A stretch of DNA of 64,000 nt from an uncultured Bacillota bacterium (GTDB lineage Bacteria > Bacillota > DTU025 > MWDF01): contig CAWGMK010000010.1 of the NCBI GenBank assembly GCA_963823655.1, forward strand, positions 52,311-116,310. Reading direction: 5' to 3'. Position 1 is the first letter of the stretch. Every line of letters begins with the position of its first letter. The translations under genes and the position numbers were made by a program. Below are positions 1 through 13,747 of this stretch, piece by piece. Under the pieces are notes generated by a model. It did not search any database, was not told where the DNA came from, and was given only the letters and a program-made list of their open reading frames with translations.

Positions 1-996
1 GTGGGCACCGTGCGCCAGGGCGCCATGGCGCCATCCGGGATGGACCGGGAGCGGTCCGGGATGATGCGCTCGACGGAGAACTCCAGGCGGATGCCCAGGC
101 CGGTGCAGTCCGGGCAGGCGCCGTGGGGCGAGTTGAAGGAGAAGGAGCGCGGCTCCAGCTCGTCGATGGTCGTGCCGTCGTAGGCGCAGCTGTAGCTTCT
201 CGCTGTAGCGCTGCTCCTCGAAGGCGCCGGCGTCCGCGGGCGCCACGAGCATGACGCCCTCGCCCAGGCGCAGGGCCGTCTCCACCGAGTCGGCCAGGCG
301 CGCCGCGTCCGGATCGGGATTGGTCAGCGTCGAAGGGGCGGCCGTCAGCGTCCGCGTGGCGGACGATGAGCCGGTCGACCACGACCTCGATGCTGTGGCG
401 CTTGTACTTGTCGAGCGCGGGCGCCTCATCCAGGTCCATGAGCTCGCCGTCCACCCGGACGCGCACGAAGCCCTGGCGCCGGGCGGCGGCGAAGACGCGC
501 TCACCCTCCGTCTTGCGGTCCTTGATGAGCGGGCCGAGGACCAGGATGCGGGAGCCGTCCGGCAGGGCCCGGATGCGGTCGACGATCTGCTGCACGCTCA
601 TGCGCGCGATCTCACGGCCGCAGCTGCGGGCAGTGCGGGATGGCCGACGCGCGCGAAGAGCAGGCGCAGGTGGTCGTAGATCTCCGTCACCGTGCCCACC
701 GTGGAGCGCGGGTTGCGGCTGGCGCCCTTCTGGTCGATGGAGATGGCCGGCGAGAGCCCCTCGATGTGGTCGACGTCCGGCTTCTCCATCTGGCCCAGGA
801 ACTGGCGGGCGTAGGCGGAGAGCGACTCCACGTAGCGGCGCTGGCCCTCCGCGTAGATGGTGTCGAAGGCAAGGCTGGACTTGCCGCTGCCGGAGAGGCC
901 GGTGATGACGATCAGCCGGTCACGCGGCAGCTCCACGGTGATGTTCTTGAGGTTGTGCTCGCGCGCGCCGCGAACGATGAGCAGATCCTGGGGCAC
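1..996 (-). CDS. uvrA: Excinuclease ABC subunit A, N-terminal ~330 aa only (the 3' part lies before the window start).
   Basis: The minus-strand translation gives [63 protein letters not shown]...ISIDQK. The reverse complement of 100-183 gives [18 protein letters not shown]. There is an apparent frameshift near 640. A GTG start is at ~994-996. Confidence 0.9.
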
Positions 997-1096
997 CCTC
1001 CCAGTGTACCGCAGGCGGGGGCATTTGGAACGCGCGTTCGAAGTGCGTGTCATCGGCCGAGCCGTCCTGGTACGGCTCCCGCTGCGCGGGTGCCGC

Positions 1097-2274
1097 CTAC
1101 TGTCCTGGAGGTGCCCCCTGCCCCGGCACGGGCACCTGCCCTGCAGGCGGCACCACCTCGACCGGCACCAGCACGAGGTCCTGCGCCACGGCCTTGTCGA
1201 AGAAGAGTCGGAAGAGGTCTCGCACGATGGAGGCCACCGGCAGTGCCACGATGGCCCCGATGATGCCGCCCAGCGCGAAGCCGATGGCGATGAGCACGAG
1301 CACGGACGCGCCCGTGAAGTTGATCATCTTGCCCTCGAAGGTGGGCACCAGGATGGAGCCCTCGATGTTGAAGGCGATGAAGTAGTAGACGCTCACCAGC
1401 ACGATCGCCGCCGGCCCGGAGGCGAGGGCCAGGATGAGTGCCGGGATGTAGCTGATGATGGGGCCGATCTGCGGATCAGCTCCATGACGAACGCGACGAG
1501 CCCCAGCAGGACGGCGTACTGCATGAGCAGTGGCGAGTCGGTCAGGGCACCGATGACCAGCATGCCCAGGGTGATGATGACGAACATGATCGAGCCGACG
1601 AAGAGCTCGGCCTTGAAGTACTGGGCGACGTTGCCGACGGTGATGGTCAGGATGCGGCTGACATCGTCCCTCCACGGCTCCGGGACGCGCTCGTAGAACG
1701 TCGCGGACATGCGCGGCTGGTCCTTGAGCAGGTAGAAGAGGAAGAATGGCAGCAGGAACCAGGCGAAGAGCCCACCGAGGAAGCTCAGGGCGCTGCCGAT
1801 GATGCCACTGGCGACCGTCTCCTCGTCCACGGCCGCGGCATTGTCCTGGGCAGAGGCGATGATGGCGTCGATGGCTGAGCGCAGCTCGGGCGGCAGGTCG
1901 AGGCTTTCGTACCAGGCGCTCAGGTCCTCGAGGTAGGTCGGCAGGTTCTCCATGAAGGCGATGCCCTGCTCGACGATGATGATGACCACCGTGAACAGGA
2001 CGATGAGCGCCCCGAAGATCGTGACCGCGACGACGGCGATGGCGGCCAGCCAGCGTGGCCAGCCATGTCGCACGAGCCAGCCGACGACCGGGACGAGGAA
2101 GAACGCCAGTGCCGCGCCGACCCCGAAGACGAAGAGGGCGCTGGCCGACAGGACGAAGACGATGACGGAGAGGACGCCCAGCAGGAGAGCGATGAGGAAG
2201 GGTCGACTCGGGGCCTGGGAGGGTCGGAAGGCAGCGCGCATGCCGGGTGGCGTGGTCGCTGTCGCGGCCATCAC
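1097..2274 (-). CDS. AI-2E family transporter (PerM/UPF0118-type permease).
   Basis: It is polytopic and hydrophobic. The 1393..2274 ORF continues as [19 protein letters not shown]...[20 protein letters not shown] in the 1097..2401 frame. There is an apparent frameshift near 1440. Confidence 0.7.
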
Positions 2275-2959
2275 ACCGGTGTCCGCGCCGGCCTGCGGGG
2301 CGACGGGCTCGCTCCGCCCGACGGTGGGCTCGGCCGAGGCGGCCTCGGCCGAGGTCGCGTCGACCGGCCCGGGTGGCTCCTGGCCTCGCCGCTACGTCCA
2401 CGGGGCGAGGCTAGCACAGGCCTCAGGTCGAACGGAGCCATTCCTGCTTCCAGTGCCGGAGTCGCGAGACCACGGCGGAGTCGTCGCCCTGAAGTCACGG
2501 TCTGCGGTCCGGCGCGAGGCGTCATCGACCTCGTCATCGAGGACATGAACGAACCCGCCGTCGTCGCCTGCGAGGCACAGTCGCAGCTCCGTCGGCTCGA
2601 ACAGCAGATCCCGCTGGGCCACCATGAAGGCCGATGCTCTGGCCGAGGCCCGCGACCCCGCGGAACGTGACGACGGGGCCGCCGGTCATGCCGCCGTCTC
2701 GCGCCTGCTGCGCTGCGTTCGACCCAGGCGAATCGCCACGTCGTGACCGAGTTCCGCGAACTGCTGGCTGTGGCGTACCCGGGCGCGCTACGTGGACCTC
2801 GTCGCTGCCATCACCGGCACGGCGCCGTGGCCAGGCCCCGGCCTCTTGTGGTGCGAGGTGGATGGGCAGGGGGCGCGCATCCTCGAGCGGCCGCCGCGTG
2901 GTGTCCGCCTGGGACGATAGGGGTGCCACATCATCGAGGTGGTGGTGCCGCCGCGGTCG

Positions 2960-3195
2960 CGCCGGCGCTGGCGGCCGGATGGGGCTGATCCATCGATCAT
3001 CCCCGGCGGGTACGGGGCGGGCGGCGGGCGGCGGGCCGTCGCTGGCGGCCAGATGGGCGATCCATCGATCATCCCCGGCGGGTATGGCGTGCGGGCGGCG
3101 GGCGTCGCGCTGGCGAACCGCGCCAGATGGGCGATCAATCGATCGTCCCCGTCGGGGCCCGATAGGCAGGCGGCGGCGGCACCCTGGACGCGTAG
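2960..3195. repeat. Intergenic tandem repeat of three ~73-bp units, each carrying an atcgat(c) palindrome.
   Basis: Copies at roughly 2960-3045, 3046-3118 and 3119-3195 share gctggcggcc(a)gatggg(c)gatccatcgatcatccccggcgggta(y)gg...gggcggcgggcg. The third copy is degenerate (tcaatcgatcgtcc). Confidence 0.7.
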
Positions 3196-3220
3196 CCGCT
3201 GTGGATGAGCGATGGATCGA

Positions 3221-3496
3221 TCATCGGGCCCGGTCAGCGTCACCCCGGCGCCCCGCGGCTGCTTCAGCGGCGACGCTGGGCCGCGTGCCGGTCCGCTTGA
3301 TGACGTTGGGCGTGACGCGGCGGTCCCAGGTGGGTCGGTCGACCCAGCGCGCCATCCAGCCCTCGTCGAGGTCCTCGTGCGAGTCCTTGAGGCCCGGGAA
3401 GACGTCCGCGGCGGTGCCTTCGTCGATGTCCAGCGGCTCCTCGCCGGCCGGCAGGACCGTGACCGCGGTGACCTCCAGCGCCGACTCGCTCGCCAT
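3221..3496 (-). CDS. Hypothetical small acidic protein (91 aa) immediately downstream of uvrB; it may instead be a frameshifted uvrB 3' region.
   Basis: ATG-initiated [73 protein letters not shown]. Its frame stays open upstream into the uvrB tail. Confidence 0.3.
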   Translation of the reverse strand: MASESALEVTAVTVLPAGEEPLDIDEGTAADVFPGLKDSHEDLDEGWMARWVDRPTWDRRVTPNVIKRTGTRPSVAAEAAAGRRGDADRAR

Positions 3497-3559
3497 CGTG
3501 GCGGTGCCCCTGCCGCTGCCCGGCCCTGCGGGCGCGCGGCCCGCTCCGAGGGGCGGGCG

Positions 3560-5630
3560 CTGGCCGTCGCCCGTCGCGCATCGGCATGCCCCGGCGGCCG
3601 CCCGCTCGGCCGCGCTTGCAGCACGGCCACCGAGGCGTCCTCCTCGAGCACCCGCCGGCGGATGTCCTGGATCTCGTCGCGCAGCGCAGCCGCCCGCTCG
3701 AACTCGAGCTGCTTGGCGGCCGAGCGCATCTCCGCCTCCAGCTGCGAGACGAGCTTCTCCACCTGAGCCTGGCTGAGCTCCGTGAGCTCCCTCGAGTCAG
3801 CGCCCGAAGGCACCCGGCGCCTGGGCCACGGCAGCGAGGCGGTCGTTGATGTCCCGGATCTCCTTGACGATGGTCGTCGGCGTGATGCCGTGCTCGATGT
3901 TGTAGGCCTCCTGGACGGCGCGGCGACGGTTCGTCTCCTCGATGGCGACCTGCATCGACTCGGTGACGCGGTCGGCGTACATGACGACCTCGCCGCCGAT
4001 GTTGCGCGCGGCACGGCCGATGACCTGGATGAGCGACCAGGCGCTGCGCAGGAAGCCCTCCTTGTCCGCGTCCAGGATGGCCACCAGCGTGACCTCCGGC
4101 AGGTCGATGCCCTCCCGCAGGAGGTTGATGCCGACCAGCACGTCGTAGACGCCCAGGCGCAGGTCGCGCAGGATCTGGACCCGCTCCAGGGTGTCCACCT
4201 CGCTGTGCAGGTAGCTGACGCGGATGCCCATCTCGTGGAGGTAGTCGGCGAGGTCCTCCGCCATGCGCTTGGTGAGCGTGGTGACGAGGACGCGCTCGTG
4301 CCGCTCCACGCGCTCCCGGATGCGGTCGATGAGGTCGTCGATCTGGCCCTCCGTGGGCCGCACCTCGATGGTCGGGTCGACGATGCCCGTGGGCCGGATG
4401 AGCTGCTCCACGATGCGCTCCGAGCGCTGCAGCTCCCACGCCCCGGGCGTGGCGCTCATGTGCACGACCTGGCCGAGGTGCGCCTCGAACTCCTCGAAGG
4501 TGAGCGGCCGATTGTCCAGCGCCGATGGCAGCCGGAAGCCGAACTCGACGAGGATCTCCTTGCGCGTGCGGTCGTTCTTGTACATGCCCGCCACCTGGGG
4601 GATGGTCATGTGGCTCTCGTCGACGACCAGCAGCCAGTCCGGCGGGAAGTAGTCGAGCAGCGTCCAGGGACGCGAGCCGGGCTCGCGGCGGGCGAGGTGG
4701 CGCGAGTAGTTCTCGATGCCGGAGCAGAAGCCCAGCTCGCGCATCATCTCCAGGTCGAAGGTGGTGCGCTGCCGGAGCCGCTCCGCCTCCAGGATCATGC
4801 CCTTCTGCTCGAGCTCCGCGACGCGCTCCTCCGCCTCCACCTCGATGTCCGCGATGGCCGCCACCAGCTTCTCCTGCGGGCGTGACGTAATGGGAGGCCG
4901 GGTAGACGTTCAGCTCCGTTGCGCTCGGCGAGGACCTCGCCGGTGAGCGGGTCGACCTCCGTGACGCGCTCCACCTCGTCACCGAAGAACTCGACCCGCG
5001 CGATGAAGTCGTCATAGGCGGGCTGCAGCTCCAGGGTGTCGCCGCGGACGCGGAACTTCGCCCGGCTGAGGGCCTGGTCGTTGCGCTGCGTACTGCAGGT
5101 CCACCAGCTGGCGCAGCACGCCGTCCCGGCGGTAGCGGCCGCCCGACGCGCAGGCGCAGGACCGTGGCGCCGTAGTCCACGGGCGCGCCGAGGCCGTAGA
5201 TGCACGAGACGCTGGCCACGATGATGACGTCGCGCCGCTCGAACAGGGCCCGCGTGGCGGCGTGGCGCAGCTTGTCGATCTCCTCGTTCCGGGAGGAGTC
5301 CTTCTCGATGTAGGTGTCGCTGCGGGGCAGGTAGGCCTCCGGCTGGTAGTAGTCGAAGTAGCTGACGAAGTACTCCACGGCGTTGTCCGGGAAGAAATCG
5401 CGGAACTCGCTGTAGAGCTGGGCCGCCAGCGTCTTGTTGTGCGCCAGCACGAGCGTGGGCTTGTTGACGCTGCGCGATGACCTCCGAGACCGTGTAGCGT
5501 CTTGCCCGTGCCGGTGGCGCCCAGGAGCACCTGGTGCTTGCGTCCGTCGCGGATGCCGGCCACGAGCTGCTCGATGGCCTGGGGCTGGTCACCCGTGGGC
5601 TTGAAGGGCGCCACCAACTGGAAGTCGGCC
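3560..5630 (-). CDS. uvrB: Excinuclease ABC subunit B; the 3' end is unresolved.
   Basis: N-terminus [45 protein letters not shown] begins at ~5630. The 4795..5640 frame has [42 protein letters not shown]. The 3264..5450 frame has [42 protein letters not shown]. The 3797..4864 ORF gives helicase domain 2. The UVR domain [43 protein letters not shown] lies at ~3620-3780. At least three frameshifts are apparent, and no in-frame stop follows the UVR domain. Confidence 0.9.
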
Positions 5631-5899
5631 ATGCCCGCATGATAGCGCCTCAAGCCCCAAACCGAACACGCGTTCATGGGCGGCCGCACCCCAGGGGCTG
5701 GCAGGAAGGTGCGGTCCGCGGTGGTCTGCCTCGGCGCGGACGGGTGCGGGGTAGAAAAGAGTCCTACCGACCCGGACCCGATGGGTCCATGGCAGGCCGA
5801 CACCCATGCACGGATGCTGGCCGATGCACGGACGGGGCCGTCACGCCCAGGCGCTGACCGTCCGGTCGCTCGCGAGCCGCGCAACAGGAGCCTGCCGCC

Positions 5900-6860
5900 A
5901 TGGAGATGGAGTTCAAGGACAACAGCCGGCGACGGACGCTGGTGCTGGTGATCGGTGTGCTGCTGGCCCTTGCGGCCGGCGCTGCCGCGTTCATGCTCAG
6001 CAGCCAGGGGCAGGAGGAGCCTGAGGCAGCCTTCCCCACGCGCGAGGTCGTCGTGGCGGCAGAGGCGATCCCCGCCCGAGCCACCATCGAGAGCCTGCAG
6101 TTGGCGCTTCGCCCCGTTCCGGTCGATGACACCACGGCATCCGCCTTCACCGACCGAGACCAGGTCGTCGGGCCAGGTCGCGGCCATCCCCATCCTGCAG
6201 TTCCAGCCCATCACGCCCAACATGCTCGCCGGGGCTGCATCGGGCCAGGTGGCCATCCTCAAGGCGGACGAGACCGTGTCGCCCGACTCGCCCGTCCTGC
6301 GGGCGGTCAGCCTGACCGTCCCGGCCGACCGCGCTGTGGCCGGCCTGGTCGCCGTGGGCCAGCACGTGGACCTCATCGCCACGATCCCCATCACGGTCGC
6401 CGGACCCGTGGACCCAGAGACCGGCGAACCGCTGACCATCGATCCCGAGACAGGCGAGCCAGTGCCCTTCGTGGAGGGCACGACCACCAAGCTCATGTGG
6501 CTCGACGTCGAGATCCTCGGCCGCGCGGAGGCATCCGACGCGTACATCGTGCGCGCGGACCTGCAGACGTCCGAGGAGATCGCGCACGCCCAGACACAGG
6601 GCGCGGAGTTCACCATGGTGCTGCGACCGGACGAGGACACGCGGGACATCGACCGCAGCACCTACGGCGAGACCACGGACACGCTCCTGACCCGCTACAA
6701 CTTCCGCGTCCCGCAGAAGATCGACGGCCTGGAGTACCCGCAGCCCCTGGCCTTCCCGAGCCCCTTCCCGAACGAACCCTACCTCTCCCCCGCGCCGGAG
6801 CCGTCGCCCAGCCCTGAGAGTGCCCTCATCGTGGCCCCCACGGAGTCGCCCGCGCCCTAG
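5900..6860 (+). CDS. CpaB/RcpC-like Flp pilus assembly protein (N-terminal TM plus SAF domain); an orphan, with no other tad genes nearby.
   Basis: [35 protein letters not shown]...[21 protein letters not shown] is followed in the second frame by [66 protein letters not shown]...[16 protein letters not shown]. There is a frameshift near 6170. Confidence 0.55.
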
Positions 6861-7547
6861 CGGCGCTCCACCGGGCCCCACGGCAGCCCGGCGAACCTCG
6901 GCGCGAGCACATCCGCGAGTGCGTCCTCGACGCACTCGCGGATCGATTCCCGGGAGCCGGACGCGTCGATGCGCCGGTCGGCGTGGGGCGCCAGGCGCTC
7001 CGCGAGATCGGGGCCCTGCGCGGCCAGGCGTCGCTCGATGTCAGCAGCGTCCATGCCCCGGAGCGCGAGCCGCTGGCGCTGGACCCCCGCCGGGCAGTCG
7101 ATGAGCCAGACCTCGTGGCAACGCGCGGCGAGACCGCTCTCGACGAGCTTGATGGCCTCGATGACGACGAAGGGGTCGCCGTCGCGGCGGCCCGCTTCGA
7201 GGCGAGCCTCGATCGCGCGCCCGGACGGCCGGGTGGACGATGGCCTCCAGGTCGCGGAGGGCCGCGGCGTCGGCGAAGACGAGCGTCGCCAGGGCCGCCC
7301 GGTCGAGCATGCCGGGCGGCTCGGAAGACGGCCTCGCCGAAGCGCGCGTGGATGGCCTCCAGGGTCGGCTGGCCGGGCGCCGTGACCTCGCGCGCGAGCG
7401 CGTCGGCGTCGATGACGACGCCACCGAGCTCGGCCAGCATGCCCGCCACGGTGGACTTGCCGCAGCCGATGGGCCCGGTGAGCCCGATGACGACCGGCCG
7501 GTCGTCCTGGTCGCCCGTCTTCTCGATGTCCGCGACCCTCCCCTCGT

Positions 7548-7551
<4 letters not shown>
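6857..7551 (-). CDS. coaE: Dephospho-CoA kinase.
   Basis: [75 protein letters not shown], then [28 protein letters not shown] and a C-terminal ...[23 protein letters not shown] in two further frames (two frameshifts). The ATG at 7549-7551 overlaps the ABC-F stop codon (ATGA overlap). Confidence 0.8.
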
Positions 7552-9629
<2,078 letters not shown>

Positions 9630-9682
9630 GTACCTAAGTGTCCCCGATTCGGCGGCGCCGACGTGGGGGCGCGTGGCCCTGG

Positions 9683-10671
9683 TCAGTCGGCCGGGTCCGG
9701 CCCTCCCAGGTCCGACCAGTTGCGGCCCCGACGTCCCACCTGCCGCGCGCTGGCCGCCAGCGCAGCGGTCGTGCCACGGCGGTCAGCCGCCGGCAGGCGC
9801 TGGCACCACGAGCAGAAGTGGGTGCCGCGCTGAGCCAGCACGAGGCGCCGGATGGGCCGCCCGCACCGATGACAGGGCAGCCCCGTGCGCTGGTAGACGT
9901 CGAGGTGCTCCTGCATCCGGCCGTCACCCTCCGGCGCGGTGTAGTCGTCGACCGACGAGCCGCGCCGCGCCACGGCCTCGCCGAGCACGCCCCGGATGGC
10001 ATCGTAGAGGCGGCGCTCGTCGGCCGGCCCCAGCGTCCCCACCGAGCGCAGCGGGTGGAGGCGCGCACGCCAGAGGGCCTCGTCGGCGTAGATGTTGCCC
10101 ACGCCCGCCAGGAACGACTGGTCCACGATGACCGACTTGAGCCGCCCCCGGCGGGCACGCAGGCGGGCCCGGAAGCGGCGCAGCGTGAAGGCTTCGTCCA
10201 GCGGCTCCGGCCCATGCCGAGCGAAGAGTCCGCCCACGTCCCCGGCGCCCACGACCTCGCCGTCGGGGCCGCGCCGGTAGAGCCCCACCCGGCCGAACTT
10301 GCGCACGTCGCGGAAGAGCAGCCAGCGCGGCACCATCGGTCCGGCCGCCGCCGGCCACCGGACCCGGCCCGAGCGTCAGCCGCAGGTGCACGTGGCGGTC
10401 GTGCCGCGTGCCCTCCGGCAGCACGAAGAGCTGGCCGGTCATCTTGACCTGGATGGCCAGCACGGACCCGTCATCGAGGTCGATGACGAGCCACTTGGCG
10501 CGCCGCGTGACACCCCGGCACGCGTGCGGCCCACGAGGCCCTCGCGGAAGCTCTCGGGCGACGGGTGGCGGATGACCGGTCGCCAGTCCCACCAGACGCC
10601 GGTGATGGTGGCCCCGACGAGAGTGGCGCGAGGTCGCGCGCCATCGTCTCGACCTCGGGCAGCTCCGGCAT
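9683..10671 (-). CDS. mutM: Formamidopyrimidine-DNA glycosylase.
   Basis: N-terminus MPELPEVETMARDLAP (10471..10671 frame). The middle part AIQVKMTGQLFVLPEGTRHDRHVHLRLTLG is in another frame. C-terminal H2TH and zinc finger: SVIVDQSFLAGVGNIYADEALWRARLHP...YQRTGLPCHRCGRPIRRLVLAQRGTHFCSWCQ. There are at least two frameshifts. Confidence 0.8.
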
Positions 10672-13633
10672 GCGCGGTCAGGCACGCTCCAGCGGGCGTC
10701 ATGGACTCCCAGTCGGTGCCCACCTTGATGTCCACGTCGAGCGGCACGTCGAGCTTGAGCGCGCCCTCCATGACCTCGCGCACGATGGGCGCCAGGCCGG
10801 CCACCTCGGCGCGCGGCACCTCCAGCAGCACCTCGTCGTGGACCGAGAGCAGCATCCGCGCCGGAGACCGCTCCGCGGCCAGCCGCTCGTGGAGGCGGAT
10901 GAGCGCGATCTTCATGATGTCCGCGGCCGTGCCCTGGATGGGCATGTTGATGGCCATGCGCTCCCCGGCGCTGCGCAGCTGGGCGTTGCGCGACTGCAGC
11001 TCGGGGATCGAGCGGCGCCGGCCCAGCAGCGTCTCCACGTAGCCCTGCTCGCGGGCCAGTCTCACGCATGTGCAGCATGTAGTAGGCGATGCCGCTGTAG
11101 GCGCCGAAGTAGGACTCGATGAACTCGCGCGCCTCCTCCCGGGGGATGCCCGCCCGCGTCGCCAGCCCGTAGTCGCTCATGCCGTAGGCGAGGCCGAAGT
11201 TGACCATCTTGGCCATGGAGCGCTCGTCGGCGCGTGACGTCCGCGGGGTCCTTCTTGCAGCACGCGCGCGGCGGTCTGGCGATGGATGTCGGCGTGCTGC
11301 TCGAAGGCCTCGCGGAGGTGGGCGTCGCCCGAGACGTGGGCCAGGACGCGCAGCTCGATCTGGCTGTAGTCGGCGGCCAGCAGCACGAGGTCCTCGCCCC
11401 CGGCCACGAAGGCGCTGCGGATGCGCCGCCCGAGCTCCGTGCGGATGGGGATGTTCTGGAGGTTGGGGTCGGCCGAGGAGAGCCGCCCGGTGGCCGCCAC
11501 GGCCTGCTGGAAGCGTGGTGTGCAGGCGGCCGGTGCGTCGGGTCGATGAGGAGCGGCAGGGCCTCGACGTAGGTGGAGCGGAGCTTGGTGTAGATGCGCC
11601 AGTCGAGCAGCATGCGGGATCATGGGGTGGGCCGCGCGCAGCTCCTCGAGCACCTGGGCATCGGTCGAGTAGCCGGTCTTGGTGCGCTTGCCGCGCGGCA
11701 GGTCCAGCTCGTAGAAGAGGACCTGCTCGAGCTGCTTGGGGCTGCCCAGGTTGAACTCGTGGCCGACCGATGCGTAGATGTCCTCGGCCAGGCGGTCGAT
11801 GGCCTCGCGGAACGTGCCCGCCAGCGCGGCCAGGGCGGCGCGGTCGAGGGCCACGCCGGTGGCCTCCATGTCGGCCAGGACCGGGCTCCAGGGGCAGCTC
11901 CAGCTCGTCGAGGATGCGCCGCAGCGCCGGGCTCGGCCTCGAGGACGCCGACGAGCGCGCCCTGCGCGGCGCCGGCGGCGGCCGCCTCGACGGCCGCCTG
12001 CGTCCGCGGCGTCGCAGCTCGCCCGGCCGCGGGCAGGGCGACGTCCAGCCGCTCCGCGCAGATGTCCGCCAGCGACTGGCTGCGCAGGGCCGCGTTGAGG
12101 ATGTAGGCGGCCACCTGCGTGTCGAAGGCGACCGCGCGGCAGGATGCCCGCCGAGGCGCTCAGCGAGCTCGCTCGCGGTCGGGTCGCGCCGCGACAGCTC
12201 CCAGACCAGCAGCGGCTTGACCTCGTGACCGACGAGCGGCCGACCGGCGGCCATGAGCGCCGCCCCGAAGGCCGTGGCGGCCTCGCCCGAGGCGGCCACG
12301 AGGCGGCCGTCGGCGCCGGCCACGGCGAGGCCCATGAGCGTGCCGCGGCGCGGGCGCGGGTCGTCGAACACGGCGCCCACGACGAGCTCCGGCTGGGACG
12401 CCAGCCAGCCAGCCAGGTCGCCCGCGTACGGCTCGACGCTGGATGGGTCGGCCAGCAGCGCTCGCAGGCGCGCCACCGGGACTCCGCCCGCTGGGCCCGG
12501 GGCGCGTGTCGGCGCACCGCCGCGGTCGATCGGGCGACCACGGAGTCCTGGACATCCGTGGCAGGCTCCGTCTCCGGCCCATCGAAGAGGCCCGGCGAGG
12601 CAGCCCCTGGCGGCTGGCAGCGGGCGGCAGGGGCGGCCACGGCCCCGAAGTCGAGGGTCAGCTGCAGGCCGCTGCCCTCCGCCGGCGCCCGCGGCGCCGG
12701 CCGTTGCCGAGCCCGGCCGGGGACCATGGCGGCCAGCATGGGCTCGTCGGGCTCAGCATCGGCGCGACCGGCGTCGGCCGCCTGGCCCGGCAGTCGGTCG
12801 ACGAGCGAGCGGAACTCGTACTCGCGGAAGAGGCGCACGACCTCCGAGCGGTCGTAGTCGCCCAGCCGGGCGCCCTCGAGGTCCAGCGCGATGGGCGCCA
12901 GGCGGTCGATGGTCACCAGCTCGCGCCAGAGCAGCACGTCGTCGCGGTGGTCCCGGAGCTTGTCGCGCAGCTTGTCCGGCCGGACCTCGTCGAGCCGGGC
13001 GAAGATGCCCTCCAGCGAGCCGAAGTCCACGAGCAGCTTGGCGGCCGTCTTGTCGCCCACGCCCGGGATGCCCGGGATGTTGTCGGTCGAATCGCCCTTG
13101 AGCGCCTTGAAGTCGATCATCTGGCCGGGGTCGAGGCCGTAGCGCTCGTGGATGCGGGCGGGGTCGTAGATGACGGTCGACTGGACGCCCAGGCGGGTCG
13201 TCATGAGCTTGGTCCGCTCGGTGACCAGCTGCAGCATGTCCAGGTCGCCGGAGACGATGATGGTCTCCAGGTCGCGCAGCTCGGCCTGCCGGGAGAGCGA
13301 GCCGATGAGGTCGTCCGCCTCGTAGCCGGGCAGCTCGTAGATGGGGATGCCGAAGGCCGCCAGCGTCTCGCGGACGATGGGGAACTGGTCGCGCAGGTCG
13401 TCCGGCGTGGGGCGGCGCGTGGCCTTGTAGCCCTCGTAGCGGTCGGCGCGGAACGAGCGGCCCACGTCGAAGCAGCACATGACGTGGTCCGGCTTCATGT
13501 CCGCGAAGCCGCGCAGGACGATGGACCAGAAGCCGAAGGCGGCGTTGACGAGCTGGCCCTTGCTGGTGGTCAGCGGCGTCTCGAGCAGCGCGAAATAGGC
13601 CCGGTAGATGAGGCTGTGGGCGTCGAGGAGCAT
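10439..13633 (-). CDS. polA: DNA polymerase I.
   Basis: 5'-3' exonuclease N-terminus MLLDAHSLIYRAYFAL...GYEADDLIGSL...DLDMLQLV. Polymerase domain LGSPKQLEQVLFYELDLPRGKRTKTGYSTDAQVLEEL, VLLAADYSQIELRVLAHVSGD, KMVNFGLAYGMSDYGLA. C-terminal INMPIQGTAADIMKIALIRLHE...LLSVHDEVLLEVP (10439..11065). There are multiple frameshifts. The ATG is at 13631-13633. Confidence 0.9.
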
Positions 13634-13747
13634 GAGCCGTTCCACTGCCCGCGAGTGTAGCCCTCGGCCGGGGCCCGCCCGAGGGTCCGCGCCGCCCGTG
13701 GGTGCCAACGCCCGGCGGCCCGACGGCCGGCGAGCCGTGGATCGCAG

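Noticed and set aside
251-2670. Several long plus-strand ORFs (251..679, 366..905, 640..1263, 857..1696, 1952..2548, 2065..2670).
   Set aside because: They are antisense to uvrA and the AI-2E transporter. Their translations are Arg/Ala/Pro-rich, which is typical of spurious ORFs in ~70% GC DNA, and they have no homology-like segments.
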